Assembly (NCBI GenBank): GCA_977017575.1
Contig: CDRNVI010000085.1
Location: 29,013 to 93,012, forward strand
Length of the DNA stretch: 64,000 nt
Direction: 5' to 3'
Source: Paramoeba atlantica
Taxonomy: Eukaryota > Protista > Discosea
How positions within the stretch are numbered: position 1 is the stretch's first letter; the number at the start of each line of letters is the position of its first letter. Both the position numbers and the translations under genes were made by a program. Of this stretch, positions 21,085 through 32,080 are shown piece after piece. Under the pieces are notes generated by a model. That model saw nothing but the letters and a program-made list of their open reading frames with translations. It was not told where the DNA came from and searched no databases.

Positions 21085-22758
21085 TTTTTTTTTTTTTTTT
21101 TTTTTTTGAAACATATAAGTAACAAACAAATATAAGCAAATACCTATGACTAATATAATTTTTTTTTTTTTTTTTTTTGATCTTACAAAAAGGTTGATCT
21201 TACAAAAAGGTTGATCTTACAAAAAGGTTTTCAATGATAAGTAAAACACAGTCTGTGAACATTCATCTCAGTTTCTTTTCATAGACTTTCAGTCGTCTAA
21301 ACTTCAACTCTTATATCAATAGTCAACGCCTACCGAAAAACTCGCACGTGCCTAAAAAGCCGTATTGTCCACTTGAGTTGTGGCTATGTATTTGCGGAGT
21401 TGGGACATCACCACTGAACCGTTAAGTTCCTGTAGTCGAAGGGTGAAATCCTGTACTACGAAGTCCCGTTCGAGTCCACATGCATCAGCCAGGGTTGTGA
21501 TAAGCGCTTTGGTGTTGCTGTGCATTGCACCGCCGGAGAGCATTGGTACACATTGGAATTGCTCATTAGGAATAAGCTTAGACGCCACGTATTTGGAGAC
21601 TTTGCGTTTTATGGCATCACGGAAAAGCTGAGCGGTGCTACGTCCAACATTTGATTGCGATAGCTCGTGGACGATGGTGAAATCGTAGTATACATCTCCG
21701 CTTGCCCAATGAATCACGATATCTGGGCCCGAATGATAAAAAGATCCGGATCCGCAGGTTCTTTGGTGATGGGATTTGCCGTCGCCATCCACGCTTGCTC
21801 CACATTTTGCGCAAGTATAGGTGGAGAACTGTCTGGGTTCCAGCTCACAGGGCAGACCTGATTTTATGCATAATTCATAAATATTCCGAACCATCCTGTT
21901 GTGCTTTGCCGTTGCGTTATTGCCTGAACATTTGACGCACCCGGACACGTGCGTGAGCGCTGTACGGGGGGTAAGTAATGCATGGCACCCTGGACACTGT
22001 AAATTGGAGGGAAGGCTCGGATGTGCAATCCCAATGCGTGGCATAACTGCTAACTTGAAAAGTCGCGTAGGTACAAGTCTAGAATTTGAGGTGAGCCATG
22101 AATAGTTACCTTTGGAGCTAGCTGCTCGTATTATGTGGGCTTGCGTTTTGTCTGTCATTAATTTGTCCCGTATGTCGTTGTGGTAGAGTTCCTCGGTGAC
22201 TTCTTCTTCCTCCGTAGGGGCGTGCTGGCTGAGTTGAGGTTGGCTCTGCACTACGCCTAAACGAGCGGCGGGAGCTGAAAGGTGAGATGGTCGCTCCGTT
22301 GCTGCAAGTTTCGAACGAGTGTAGGCTGCCTCTCGAAGAGGTTCTGAGGGAGTAAGTCCAAGCCCGCCTTTTTTGAGGGGAAGGCGTGCCCAAGAAAGTT
22401 GTTCTGCTGTGAGTTCTCCAAACCACGTCTGTAGCGTATCTGATACCCTGGAGTCGAATTGTCGCGTAAGGTGCAATGATGTGTCTGGGTGGTGGACGCG
22501 AATGTGATATCTGTGGCGCACGTTGACACAGCGTGATAGGAGGAGGAGAGAAACGTTGCTTGCCCCCATAAGCTGTAGACGACGGAAGATAGTTTGGTGC
22601 TTTTCGAGCTTTTGCAGAAGCTTCTCACTTAAGATGTCTGGTTCTCCAACAAAAGCCCCCAGAACCTTTATCGCTTGTGCTTCAGTTGCCACGCCAGCTC
22701 CTTGTAATGGATTCGGAAGAGGGATTTTTTGTGTTCCTTCGAACCAGACACACTTTAC
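21085..22758 (-). mobile_element. 5'-truncated CRE-clade element (family C)
   Basis: TSD TTAGGCGG at 21077-21084 and 22759-22766. Poly(A)24 at 21085-21108. ORF 21352..22758 carries finger + RLE (HSGPDI, YYDFTIVH). A 17-bp repeat (GATCTTACAAAAAGGTT) x3 lies at about 21179-21229. Confidence 0.92.
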
Positions 22759-23067
22759 TTAGGCGGTTGAGGCGTCTCCGTTGAAGCACCTTGTGGGGGA
22801 GAGGGGCTCAGTCGGATTAGCTGTGGTGAGGCGAGCGGGGGTGGCATAGGGCGCGGTAGAGCTGAGGGGGCGGAGGAGTTCAGAGGCGGCGGAGAATGGA
22901 GCGGTCGACGATTACGTGCGGCTCTCGTTGGAAACCGTGAAGGGAAGTGCGCCGCAAGGGTATCATAGAAGGAGGGTTTCTTTGCCATAATTTTGTCAGG
23001 TTGACTTGGTGGTGAGCTCGGCTGCGGTAGTGTTGTTGGCTGCGGTGGCGGTAATAGCCGCCCCTCG

Positions 23068-25491
23068 GCACTGCCGCATCTGCCAACGCGTGAAGTACGA
23101 ACCTCGTTTTTTTTTTTTGCTCCAATCGTCCAATTAAATTGTCATGCAGTTTTTACATGAAAATAAGCATGCAGGTCACTCACCCTAGTTGTTTAGTACC
23201 TTGTTATGTTTGGTACCGGGCAGTGCCGTAGTTCGATCAAAAAACGTTTTTTTTTTTTTTTTAATATCCTAAAAGAATATGACATATTTTTTTTTTTGAT
23301 AACCTAATATATTATCCCATACCCCGCGCAGCAGGGAGCTGAGCGTCAAAGAAAAAAAAAAAAACCTGTGTGGCAGTCACCCTAGTTGTGTAGTACCTTG
23401 TTATATTCGGTACCGGATGGTGCCACAATCAAATCGAAACCGGACAGCAATAAAAGAATCTACAATGTGAAATGTAGAATAAGAAAACATGAAAATAAGC
23501 ATGCAGGTCACTCACCCTAGTTGTTTAGTACCTTGTTATGTTTGGTACCAGGTGGTGATAGAATCCATTTCATAAGACAGCAGGAAAAAACAGCAGGAAA
23601 AACGAACAAGATCTGGCGTGCAATTCAAGGCGTGCATAATATCTGGCGTGCAATATCTGGCGTGCAGTATCTGGCGTGCATAATATCAACAACAGAATGT
23701 ACTATTTTTGAAGCTTTGACTTGAAGCAAAAGCTAATCATAGTCGTAGACCTCCAACCCATTTTTCAGCCTGAATATATTGCCGCAATTGAGAAACTACT
23801 GCGTATGCAGAATATTTCTCTAACTCAAGCTGAAAGGCTTTTCGTGTTGGCGTATAATCTAGACCTGCCCTCTTTGCCAATGTTTTTAGTAGCTGTTTAG
23901 TCTCCTCGTGCAAGACCCCACAATCAGTAATCGCAATGCAACGGAAACTTTCGGGATCTAAGCCTTTCTCCTTCATGTATTTATTATTCTTTCTGTCTTG
24001 GGCACTCTGGAGCAAGTCATTGCTACTTTGCTTTCGGTAGCTACTGCAACACGTATGAACTACGGTTAAATCGTATAAAATTTCACCAACGTCGGGCCAC
24101 AAGATCGCAAGGTCTGGTCCGGATCTGATTCTACGAGCTCGGCATGGGTGTTGTTCTGCTGCTTCTGGGGAAATTGAACATTTGCACTTAGTGCAGAAGA
24201 ATGACGTGTGAATTCGTGGCTCGATTGCACAAGGGAGACTGGCTTTGGAACACAGATCGGAAAGATATCGCACCAAATGAGAGTGTTTGCGTGTACAGTT
24301 CATTCCAGCGCATCGTGAGCAACCGGCTACGTGAGGAATGATTTTGCATGCCGACTCTACAATTCCACATCCCGGGCATGTGATATTGCATGGAGCGTTA
24401 CTGAGTTCGATTCCGAGGCGCATCATAAGAGTGTACCGAAAGAGGTAGGGATTTACGTAATTGTTCGTCGAGTCTAAATGTGTGCTCGCTTCTTTTGTGC
24501 GTTTCGTGATATCTTGAAATCTGGGATTCTCGTTCAAATCCATTGCTACCTTTTCATGTTCACTCTTCATATTCTTTGACAGCTGGGTACGTACCGCCTG
24601 AGCTTTCGATCCAGGACTACTTACTTGTTTCTTGGCTGAGCTATCTACTGGAGCATTAGAGGGCTGATTTCGCTCTTCAATAGATTTGCGTGAGGCTTCG
24701 AAAAAGTAACGTTGCTTTAGAACCGTTGAGGTAATTCCAAGGCCTCCCATTTTACATGGAAGGGCGGCGAGTTTGAGGGCTTCACTGTCAGCACCACACC
24801 ATTTCTTTAGAATCTTGTGTATTTCTTCATCAAAGGTCTGTGCTAGGAGAATAGAGGCTCCAGGTTTGTGGACTCGCAGATGGTAGTCGTGGCGCGGTAA
24901 TGTGCATCTCTTGAGAATCGCGAGCGATAAGTTGCTTGGGCCCATAATCTTGAGTCTTCGGAAAAGACATTTATGTTTCTCCAGCTTTTCCAACAGTTTT
25001 CGCTCCACTGCTTTATTGTGTCCTATGTACGCCCCAAGAACTTTGATGGAATCCACGCAGTCTTCCACCCCAAGCTCTCGAAGTGACATGCCTCGGTGGT
25101 TAGTGGTGTTATTGCCTTGGAAAAGTTCGCACTTGCGAGAATTTATTTCGAGGTTTAATTCACTTGTCAGTTCTTTAAAATGAAGAAAAGCAACTTCCAA
25201 TGATGATTCATTCTTAGAACTCATGGTAACATCGTCTTGGTAGGCTCGAATGGTGACGTCTGGATAGAGTTTCGCAATTTTCTTCAACGGACCTTGCAGC
25301 ACGGCGCAGAAATATACTGACGAGAGTGCTGATCCCTGTCGGACTCCTGATGAGCTTTCAATTACGGAATGCAAGGTATTGTTCGCGAAGAAAAGAAGTT
25401 CCGATGATTGCCCGTACTCAAAATAAAACATTCGCATGAAATATTTGAATACTGGATACTCAAGAAGAGCTTGCTCTATTGATGTGCGATG
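23068..25491 (-). mobile_element. 3' half of CRE-clade element B2 (5' half at 38779-39421 and 39942-40932)
   Basis: ORF 23737..25491 (HRTSIEQALL...GGLRL) continues from AYNTP at 38779. The pieces total 945+630+1755 = 3330 nt = 1109 aa in frame. The 3' UTR stops 27 nt short of the poly(A) seen in the tandem copies. Confidence 0.8.
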
Positions 25492-25507
25492 TTTCTGTAC
25501 CTTGTTG
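25491..25507 (+). other. Truncated SL exon copy (17 nt) at the 5' end of element B1
   Basis: GTTTCTGTACCTTGTTG, then a 22-nt T-rich UTR, then ATG at 25530. Confidence 0.85.
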
Positions 25508-27416
25508 TTTTATTTTTATTTTTACTCGTATGAACACGCAAAACGCCGAACAAATTATGAAGAGGGGATCAACGCTCGATAAGCCAAAGAAAACCCCCCG
25601 TGTGAGAGTTATTATGAGTGCAAAGGAATTATCGCCGAACTGGGCCGACCACGAGGTACATAGCAACTACCGACGGCCAAGGATAAAATTTTCTGATGCA
25701 AGGCCGACCTCACAAGAGTCCGAGAATGATTCCGATGAGGAGAGAGATTCATCCAAACATCCTGAAGATTGCGAAGGCGCCTCCGATGATACCACAGGCG
25801 AAGAATCTGATGTGATGTCGGTGGATGAGGAAGTGACGTCGATGGATGGGGAAGTGGGGCAACGCAAAAACGAAGAATTTCCGAAGGCTCCAGATCACAT
25901 CAACACCATTATCCATGAATGGGGCAAAGGAACGACGTGCGAACTGAGATGGGGATTCAAAAAAGAGCAGAAATATGCCTCAAAAGGAGTAGTGGTGAAG
26001 AGGACTGTCCGAAAAGGTATTGTAAAGCTGAAGGTGGAATACAAGCCAAGCGACGGAGACAATGGACCCTCTGGTTTTATCTACCTTCCTCCATCTGCAA
26101 AAGTGAAAATTTGGTCCATTAAGGCACTGTGTCTAAATAAAGTAAAAAGCGTCGATGTGTCAATGGAAAACACTGGAAATTCAGAGAACAAGGAGGAGCG
26201 AGGCATTGAGGGAACATCTGATTTGGAACCGCTGCCAAAGATGGCACAAATTGATCCAACGTTTGCCGTCCATGTAATCGCGATTTTTCGTTCCATTATT
26301 AAAGCGTACCCGAAGGCTCAGACAGAAGCAGAAAGAACTGTTATCTGGCACAAACTCCTCGATACACCACGGGACTCTTTGGCCACAGTCCGTCTAAACT
26401 ACCTACGGCGCCAGAGCTCCGTACAGCGTCGAGGGAGACGTGAGTGGGAAACTATCGATACGAACATTACCGAGGAAGAACGACTTGTACAAGAAGTAGA
26501 CAAACGATCAATTCGAAATGCATTGCAAGCAGCAAAGGCAGGAAATCTTGGAAAAGCTACCCGCATACTCGACAATGTTTACAAGGACTCTGCTCTTCCA
26601 CTCTGGGAAAAGGTTGACAAACTTCGAGATCTACACCCCAAAGGCCCTACACCTCAAACTTCTGATCGAGACTTCCCGCGAATTGCGATATTGGAACCTT
26701 CTGAACTTCGTCTAGCGACTGAAAAATTGTCAAAAGGTGCAGCTCCTGGCCCGACAGGTCTGAGTGAAAGCATGATGCGAATTTTAGTGGAGGACGAAGA
26801 ATCCTGCCTTTCACTCTGCCACATGCTGAGAGACGTCATAAATGGGGAAGTTGCGAAAAGTGTCCGAGTAAGATTAACACGATGCAGAATGATAGCCCTT
26901 GCAAAACCGAACAATGGAATACGACCGGTTGCAATGGGGGAAACGCTGCTAAAAATTTGCGGGTGTATCCTCCTTGAGCGCCATGCGAACTCCTTGTCAG
27001 ACATATTCCAACTTTTTTTTTTATAGGAGATTTCAACGCCCCCTTAACGCTTATATCAAAAAAGTGGTCTTAATCAAACAAGCAAGCAAAGTAAGATGAA
27101 TTTTTTTTTTTTTTTTTTTTTTGCGAGACGCTTGGAAAAAAAATAAGCGTTCCAGGAAATGAAACCACCAACTCCTCAATAATCTAACGTAAATTGAAGG
27201 TATTTTTTTTTTTTTTTATTCTATTAGAATTTCCCTGAGTTGGTGATCTCAGGCTACTATTGAAAAGGGAATGTTATGGTCTTTCGGTTTTATATAACAA
27301 TATCTTCATATAGTCGAACGTGTACGAGCTGCCGTCATATGTTAAGAATTTGGGTTTTCTCAAATACCCGTAAATTTAGATTACAAATTTTACTTTAAAG
27401 AGACTTTAAATATATC

Positions 27417-30400
27417 TTATAGGCGCAATTCACTCATCCACTTCTCTGCTGGAATGTAGTCTCGGAGCTGCGACACTACCGTGTACGCTGACATTTTTTC
27501 GATTTCGAGCTGGAAAGCATTGCGCACGCTTTCATATTTAAGTTTCGCTCTTTGTGAGAGAGCCTTCAGCAACGCCTTAGTATCGTCATGTAGAAGGCCG
27601 CAATCTGTTGCAGCCAGACACTTAAACGAATCGCTATCGACACCCTTCTCAGTAACGTATTTCTTATATTTTCTGTCGGAGACCTGCTGCATAAGGGCAG
27701 AGCTGGTGTGTTTTGCGTAGCTTGAGCAGCACGTATGTACTATTGTGAAGTCGTAGAGTACCTCACCCATGTGAGGCCACATGATGGCCAGATCTGGACC
27801 TGAACGAATACGGCGTGCTTTGCAAGGATGTTGCGCGGCGACATCTGCTGAGATAGTGCACTTACATTTAGTGCAATGATACGAGGAGTAGATGCGGGGT
27901 TCGATCACGCTAGGAAGGCCTGCTTTTGAGCACAACTCTGAGAGATACCGGACGATATGTGAATGTTTGCGTGTGGAGTTCATCCCGGAGCATCGGGAGC
28001 ATCCAGCAACGTGGGGAATAATGGTGGAGGGTGATTCTTGATTAGAACAGCCGGGGCATGTTACTTTGGCCGGTGCCTTAGGCAAGCCAATTCCTAAGCG
28101 CATCATGAGCGTATATCGGAATAGGTATGGGTTAACGTAGTTGCTGGTGTTTTCGAGGTGGATATTAGCCTCTTTAGTGCGTTTTATGATGTTCGCTGCG
28201 GTGGAGTCTTTCTGTATTTCTGTCAATTGTTTTTCGTGAGCTTGACTCATGATCTTCTTAAGCGATTTGCGGGCCTTTTCTGCGCGGCTCTGAATTTTAG
28301 CTTTGCTCTTGTCATTGCCTTGCGAATCTACCGGAGCTTTATTGGGTTCCAAGTGCTCTTCAATAGATTCTCGGGCTGCTGCGAAGTAGTGCTGCTGTTT
28401 CAGAGTGCAAGAAGTCAGTCCTAATCCACCTAATTTTTGCGGGAGAGCTGCGAGCTTAAGTGCCTGGGCGTCCGCGCCGCACCATTTCTGCAAGACTTCG
28501 TGTACGTGGCTTTCAAAAGAATGTGCCAGACGCCGAGTGGCCTCCGGGCGGTGAACTCTCAGATGATAGTCTTGACGTGGAATTGTACATCGGCGAAGAA
28601 TCGCGAGAGAAAGGTTACTGGGGCCCATGAGAAGTAAACGGCGGAAAAGGCATTTATGCTTACTGAGTTTGCGCAGGAGAAGATCCTCTACCACATTATC
28701 TTTCCCGATATAGGCTCCCAGAATCTTGATCGAATCAGTGCAAAGCTTGACGCCTAGATTATGCAAAGAGAACGGTTCGTATGTGGTATTTTTCTGGAAA
28801 AATTCGCATTTCTGAAAGTTGACGCGTAGATTGAGCTCGCCTGTGATTTCACGTAAGTGCAGGAACGCAGCTTCAAGTGACGGTACGTTTGTAGAGCTGA
28901 GAGTCACATCGTCTTGATATGCTCGTATTTTGACGTCGGGGTATAAGCTTGCGATCTCGCGAATGGGACCGTGTAAAAGTGCACAGAAGTACATGGAGGA
29001 TAATGATGAGCCTTGTCGAATTCCTGACGAACTTTCGATGGTCGCGAAAAGAGCGTTGTGTGCGAAAAACAAAAGTTCGGATGAGAGGCCGTATTCAAGG
29101 TAAAACAGTCGCATAAAAGGTTTGAACACAGGATTCTCTAGTAGTGCTTGTGTTATGGCGTCGCGTCGTGGAGTGTTGTATGCGTTCGTGAAATCTACCG
29201 TAATCAATGCGCATCCATCCTCGTATTCTTGTAGTAGCTCATGCACTATTGATTCACATGCGCTCTTGTGGAGAACGCCCCGCTGCATAGGCGAAAAGTA
29301 TTTTCGTAGTGCACATTCATGTCGCTCGAGTAAAATGGATCCGCAGATTTTTAGGATCGTCTCCCCCATGGCGACTGGCCGTATACCGTTTTGTGGCTTC
29401 GGAAGAGCAATAATTCGGCAACGAGTGAGACGCTTCCGCACGCTTACAGGCACGTCGCCATTGATAACGTCGCGAATCATATGGCATAATGAAAGGCATG
29501 CTTCTTCATCTTCAACAAGCAAACGCATCATGCTCTCACTAAGCCCGCTTGGTCCCGGAGATGCCCCTCGCGCAAGTTTTTCGACTGCAAGGCGGAGTTC
29601 TGATTTATCTACAACGCCGATCCGTGGAAAGTCAGCTTCCGGAATTTCAATACTAGGCCCCTCGGGATGCAAATCGCGAAGTTTCTGTAATTTTTCATGC
29701 GCTGTAAGATTGGAGACCTTGTAAACGTTGTCGAGAATTCGAGTGGCTTTCCCGATGTTTCCAGCTCGAGCGGTCGTTAAAGCATTCTTGATCGAGCGAC
29801 GGTCGACGCCAAGTTCTTCCCTTTGTTCTATGCTGAGTGTTTCGTTTTCCGATGGATCCGCTTGTTTGTTTATGTGTCCGACTCGTTGATTTTGCCGAGA
29901 AAGTTGACGAATAGTAGCGAGCGAGTCTCTTGGTGCGTTCAAAAATTTATGCCAGATAGCTGTTTTCTCAGAGTCAAGTTCTACCGATGGATACCCACGA
30001 AGTATGGCTCGGAAGATGGCGACTACATGGATTGAAAAAGATGAATCAATGGGTACCATCGTGGGCAGCGGCTCGAGATCACTTTGACCATTTTCATCGC
30101 TAGACACGTTGTCGGCGTGTTCTTCTAAATTCCGCGTAATTGTTTCGACTTTGATCAGTTTCGTGGCTCGTATCGAACAGATTCTGATCCTGTTTGTGTG
30201 TGGAAGATAAAGAAAGCCACTGGGACCTTTGCTGCCTTGAGCTGGATTGTAAGAGATTTTGACTTTGACCATTCCTTTTCGTGAGGTCCTACCTACGACG
30301 ATGCCTTTCGACGTGTAATTCACCGTGTCTTGTCGGAAGCCCCACTCGATAACACATTCCGTGCCTTTGCCCCACTTTGCTACCATGTTGTGCACATGAT

Positions 30401-30956
30401 CCGGTGCTTTGGAAAGAGCACTTCTGTTTGCCAGATCTGCTATGACCTCGTTATCGCTGTCAAGAGACATATCTTCGCTCTCGTCTTCGTAATGTTCCTC
30501 TTCCGAGTCAATATCCGGTGTTGTCTCTTGTTGTGGTTCTTGACGTGGCTGTTCGTCGAAAGATGTCAATCGAAAGGTCTTAGGCGTGATTTTGATTTTG
30601 ATTTTGTCGCTGTGCGCACTGTTCTGTTCGCCGTGATCAGCCCAGTCTTTTGGCAGAGGTGTAGATCCGACGATTCGAATTCTTGGGGTTTTCTTTGGTT
30701 TGGACATTTCATGCGTAATTCGGCCATCTCCTGTGGTGAGATCGGGTAAGTCTGACGCCGTGTGATTTCCGGAGCGTTCCTTCATTCCCTCTTTCCGCGA
30801 AACTTGTAGAATCTTGATTATTGAGCCGTCTGAGGAAACCGTTGTTGTGCTCTTCTTTTCTTTGCCACGCTTTCCTTTTTCACGTGATTTCTCTGTTGTA
30901 CGACTTGTCTTCAGGTCTGAATTTTTGCTCACGACTGAGCGGGAAGGGCGTGTCAT
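27417..30956 (-). CDS. Intact RT-RLE polyprotein (1179 aa)
   Basis: ATG at 30956 (MTRPSRS). RT motifs PKPQNGIRPVAMG, VDFTNAYN, GIRQGSSLS, AYQDD. CPGC..H..C finger, second CTKC..HPC motif, RSGPDL, LYDFTIVH, KYKKY. Confidence 0.95.
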   Translation of the reverse strand: MTRPSRSVVSKNSDLKTSRTTEKSREKGKRGKEKKSTTTVSSDGSIIKILQVSRKEGMKERSGNHTASDLPDLTTGDGRITHEMSKPKKTPRIRIVGSTPLPKDWADHGEQNSAHSDKIKIKITPKTFRLTSFDEQPRQEPQQETTPDIDSEEEHYEDESEDMSLDSDNEVIADLANRSALSKAPDHVHNMVAKWGKGTECVIEWGFRQDTVNYTSKGIVVGRTSRKGMVKVKISYNPAQGSKGPSGFLYLPHTNRIRICSIRATKLIKVETITRNLEEHADNVSSDENGQSDLEPLPTMVPIDSSFSIHVVAIFRAILRGYPSVELDSEKTAIWHKFLNAPRDSLATIRQLSRQNQRVGHINKQADPSENETLSIEQREELGVDRRSIKNALTTARAGNIGKATRILDNVYKVSNLTAHEKLQKLRDLHPEGPSIEIPEADFPRIGVVDKSELRLAVEKLARGASPGPSGLSESMMRLLVEDEEACLSLCHMIRDVINGDVPVSVRKRLTRCRIIALPKPQNGIRPVAMGETILKICGSILLERHECALRKYFSPMQRGVLHKSACESIVHELLQEYEDGCALITVDFTNAYNTPRRDAITQALLENPVFKPFMRLFYLEYGLSSELLFFAHNALFATIESSSGIRQGSSLSSMYFCALLHGPIREIASLYPDVKIRAYQDDVTLSSTNVPSLEAAFLHLREITGELNLRVNFQKCEFFQKNTTYEPFSLHNLGVKLCTDSIKILGAYIGKDNVVEDLLLRKLSKHKCLFRRLLLMGPSNLSLAILRRCTIPRQDYHLRVHRPEATRRLAHSFESHVHEVLQKWCGADAQALKLAALPQKLGGLGLTSCTLKQQHYFAAARESIEEHLEPNKAPVDSQGNDKSKAKIQSRAEKARKSLKKIMSQAHEKQLTEIQKDSTAANIIKRTKEANIHLENTSNYVNPYLFRYTLMMRLGIGLPKAPAKVTCPGCSNQESPSTIIPHVAGCSRCSGMNSTRKHSHIVRYLSELCSKAGLPSVIEPRIYSSYHCTKCKCTISADVAAQHPCKARRIRSGPDLAIMWPHMGEVLYDFTIVHTCCSSYAKHTSSALMQQVSDRKYKKYVTEKGVDSDSFKCLAATDCGLLHDDTKALLKALSQRAKLKYESVRNAFQLEIEKMSAYTVVSQLRDYIPAEKWMSELRL

Positions 30957-30983
30957 AACGATTGAGATAATAAGAAAATAAAT

Positions 30984-31016
30984 CAACAAGGTACAGAAAC
31001 TGTATCTTTATCGTTA
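30984..31016 (-). other. Spliced-leader exon copy (33 nt)
   Basis: TAACGATAAAGATACAGTTTCTGTACCTTGTTG lies between the TSD and the 5' UTR. It is not followed by GT. Confidence 0.92.
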
Positions 31017-32080
31017 TTCCAACCGATCCAAAGAGGCATATTACAAAAGAATGCATGTGAGTCCATTGTACATGAACTTTTGGAAGAGCATGAAGCTGGA
31101 GCCACAATTTTGACGATTGACTTCAAGAATGCATACAATACGCCACAACGTACGGCAATAGAAGAAGCGCTCCTTCAATACCCGGTATTCAAACACTTTA
31201 TGCGAATGTTCTATTTTGAATATGGTCAACCATCGGAACTTTTATTTTTCGCCAACGACTCATTACATTCCGTGATCGAAAGCTCGTCTGGGGTCCGTCA
31301 AGGATCAGCACTCTCTTCGGTTTATTTTTGCGCACTGCTACAAGGTCCTTTGAAAGAAATTGCGAAGCTCTATCCAGAGGTTACTATCAGAGCCTACCAG
31401 GACGATGTGACGATGAGCTCCAAAAATGAGTCATCTTTGGAAGTTGCGTTCCTTCACCTCAAAGAACTAGCAAGTGGTCTGAATCTTGAAATTAATTCCC
31501 GTAAATGCGAAGTATTCCAAGGCTACAGTTCAACGAATAATCGAGGGATGGATCTCAAGGAACTTGGGGTGGAAGACTGTGTGGATTCCATCAAGGTCCT
31601 AGGAGCATACATCGGGCATAATAAAGCCGTTGAACGAAAGCTCTTGGAGAAGTTAGGGAAACATAAATGTTTATTTCGAAGACTTCGCGCTATGGGTCCC
31701 AGCAACTTGTCACTAGCGATTCTCAAGCGATGTACCATACCCCGTCATGATTACCACCTTCGAGTCCATAAACCTGGAGCTTCGTTTCTTCTTGCCCAGG
31801 TGTTCGACGAGGAAATCCATGAGATCCTAAAGAAATGGTGTGGTGCAGATAGTGAAGCACTTAAACTCTCTGCCCTCCCATGTAAAATGGGAGGTCTAGG
31901 AATCACCTCAACCGTTCTAAAGCAACGCTACTTTTTCGAAGCGTCCCTAAAATCTATTGATGAGCGATCGAAACCCATTAATGCTCCGGTAGATAAGGGA
32001 GGCAAGAAACAAGCCGACAGCACACGAACGAATTCACAAGCTGCACGCACCCAGCTAAGAAAGAGCATGAAGAATGAACA

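Larger units (their letters stand above)
15343..23067 (-). mobile_element. CRE-clade element, family C; body in pieces 22759-23067, 20540-21084 and 15343-19076, with its 5' end at 40933-40972 and 42782-42815
   Basis: Poly(A)22 at 15343-15364. Removing the inserts gives MGVVTRSKA-I-EGRLLPPP...PQPPK-GFSHRK...AESTNG-TAVTCHK...RYSI, 4368 nt = 1455 aa in frame, with RT (GFRQGSPLAS, AFIDD) and RLE (RSGPDL, FYDLTVVH). Confidence 0.85.
27013..31016 (-). mobile_element. Complete SL-capped, polyadenylated CRE-clade element (about 4.0 kb), potentially active
   Basis: TSD TATTCCAAC at 27004-27012 and 31015-31023. SL at 30984-31016, 27-nt 5' UTR, intact ORF, poly(A)10 at 27013-27022. Confidence 0.95.

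Noticed and set aside
23175-23560. CRISPR-like repeat-spacer array
   Set aside because: There are only three degenerate copies with irregular spacing in a eukaryotic 3' UTR, and no cas genes. The same applies to 32146-32336 and the tandem units.
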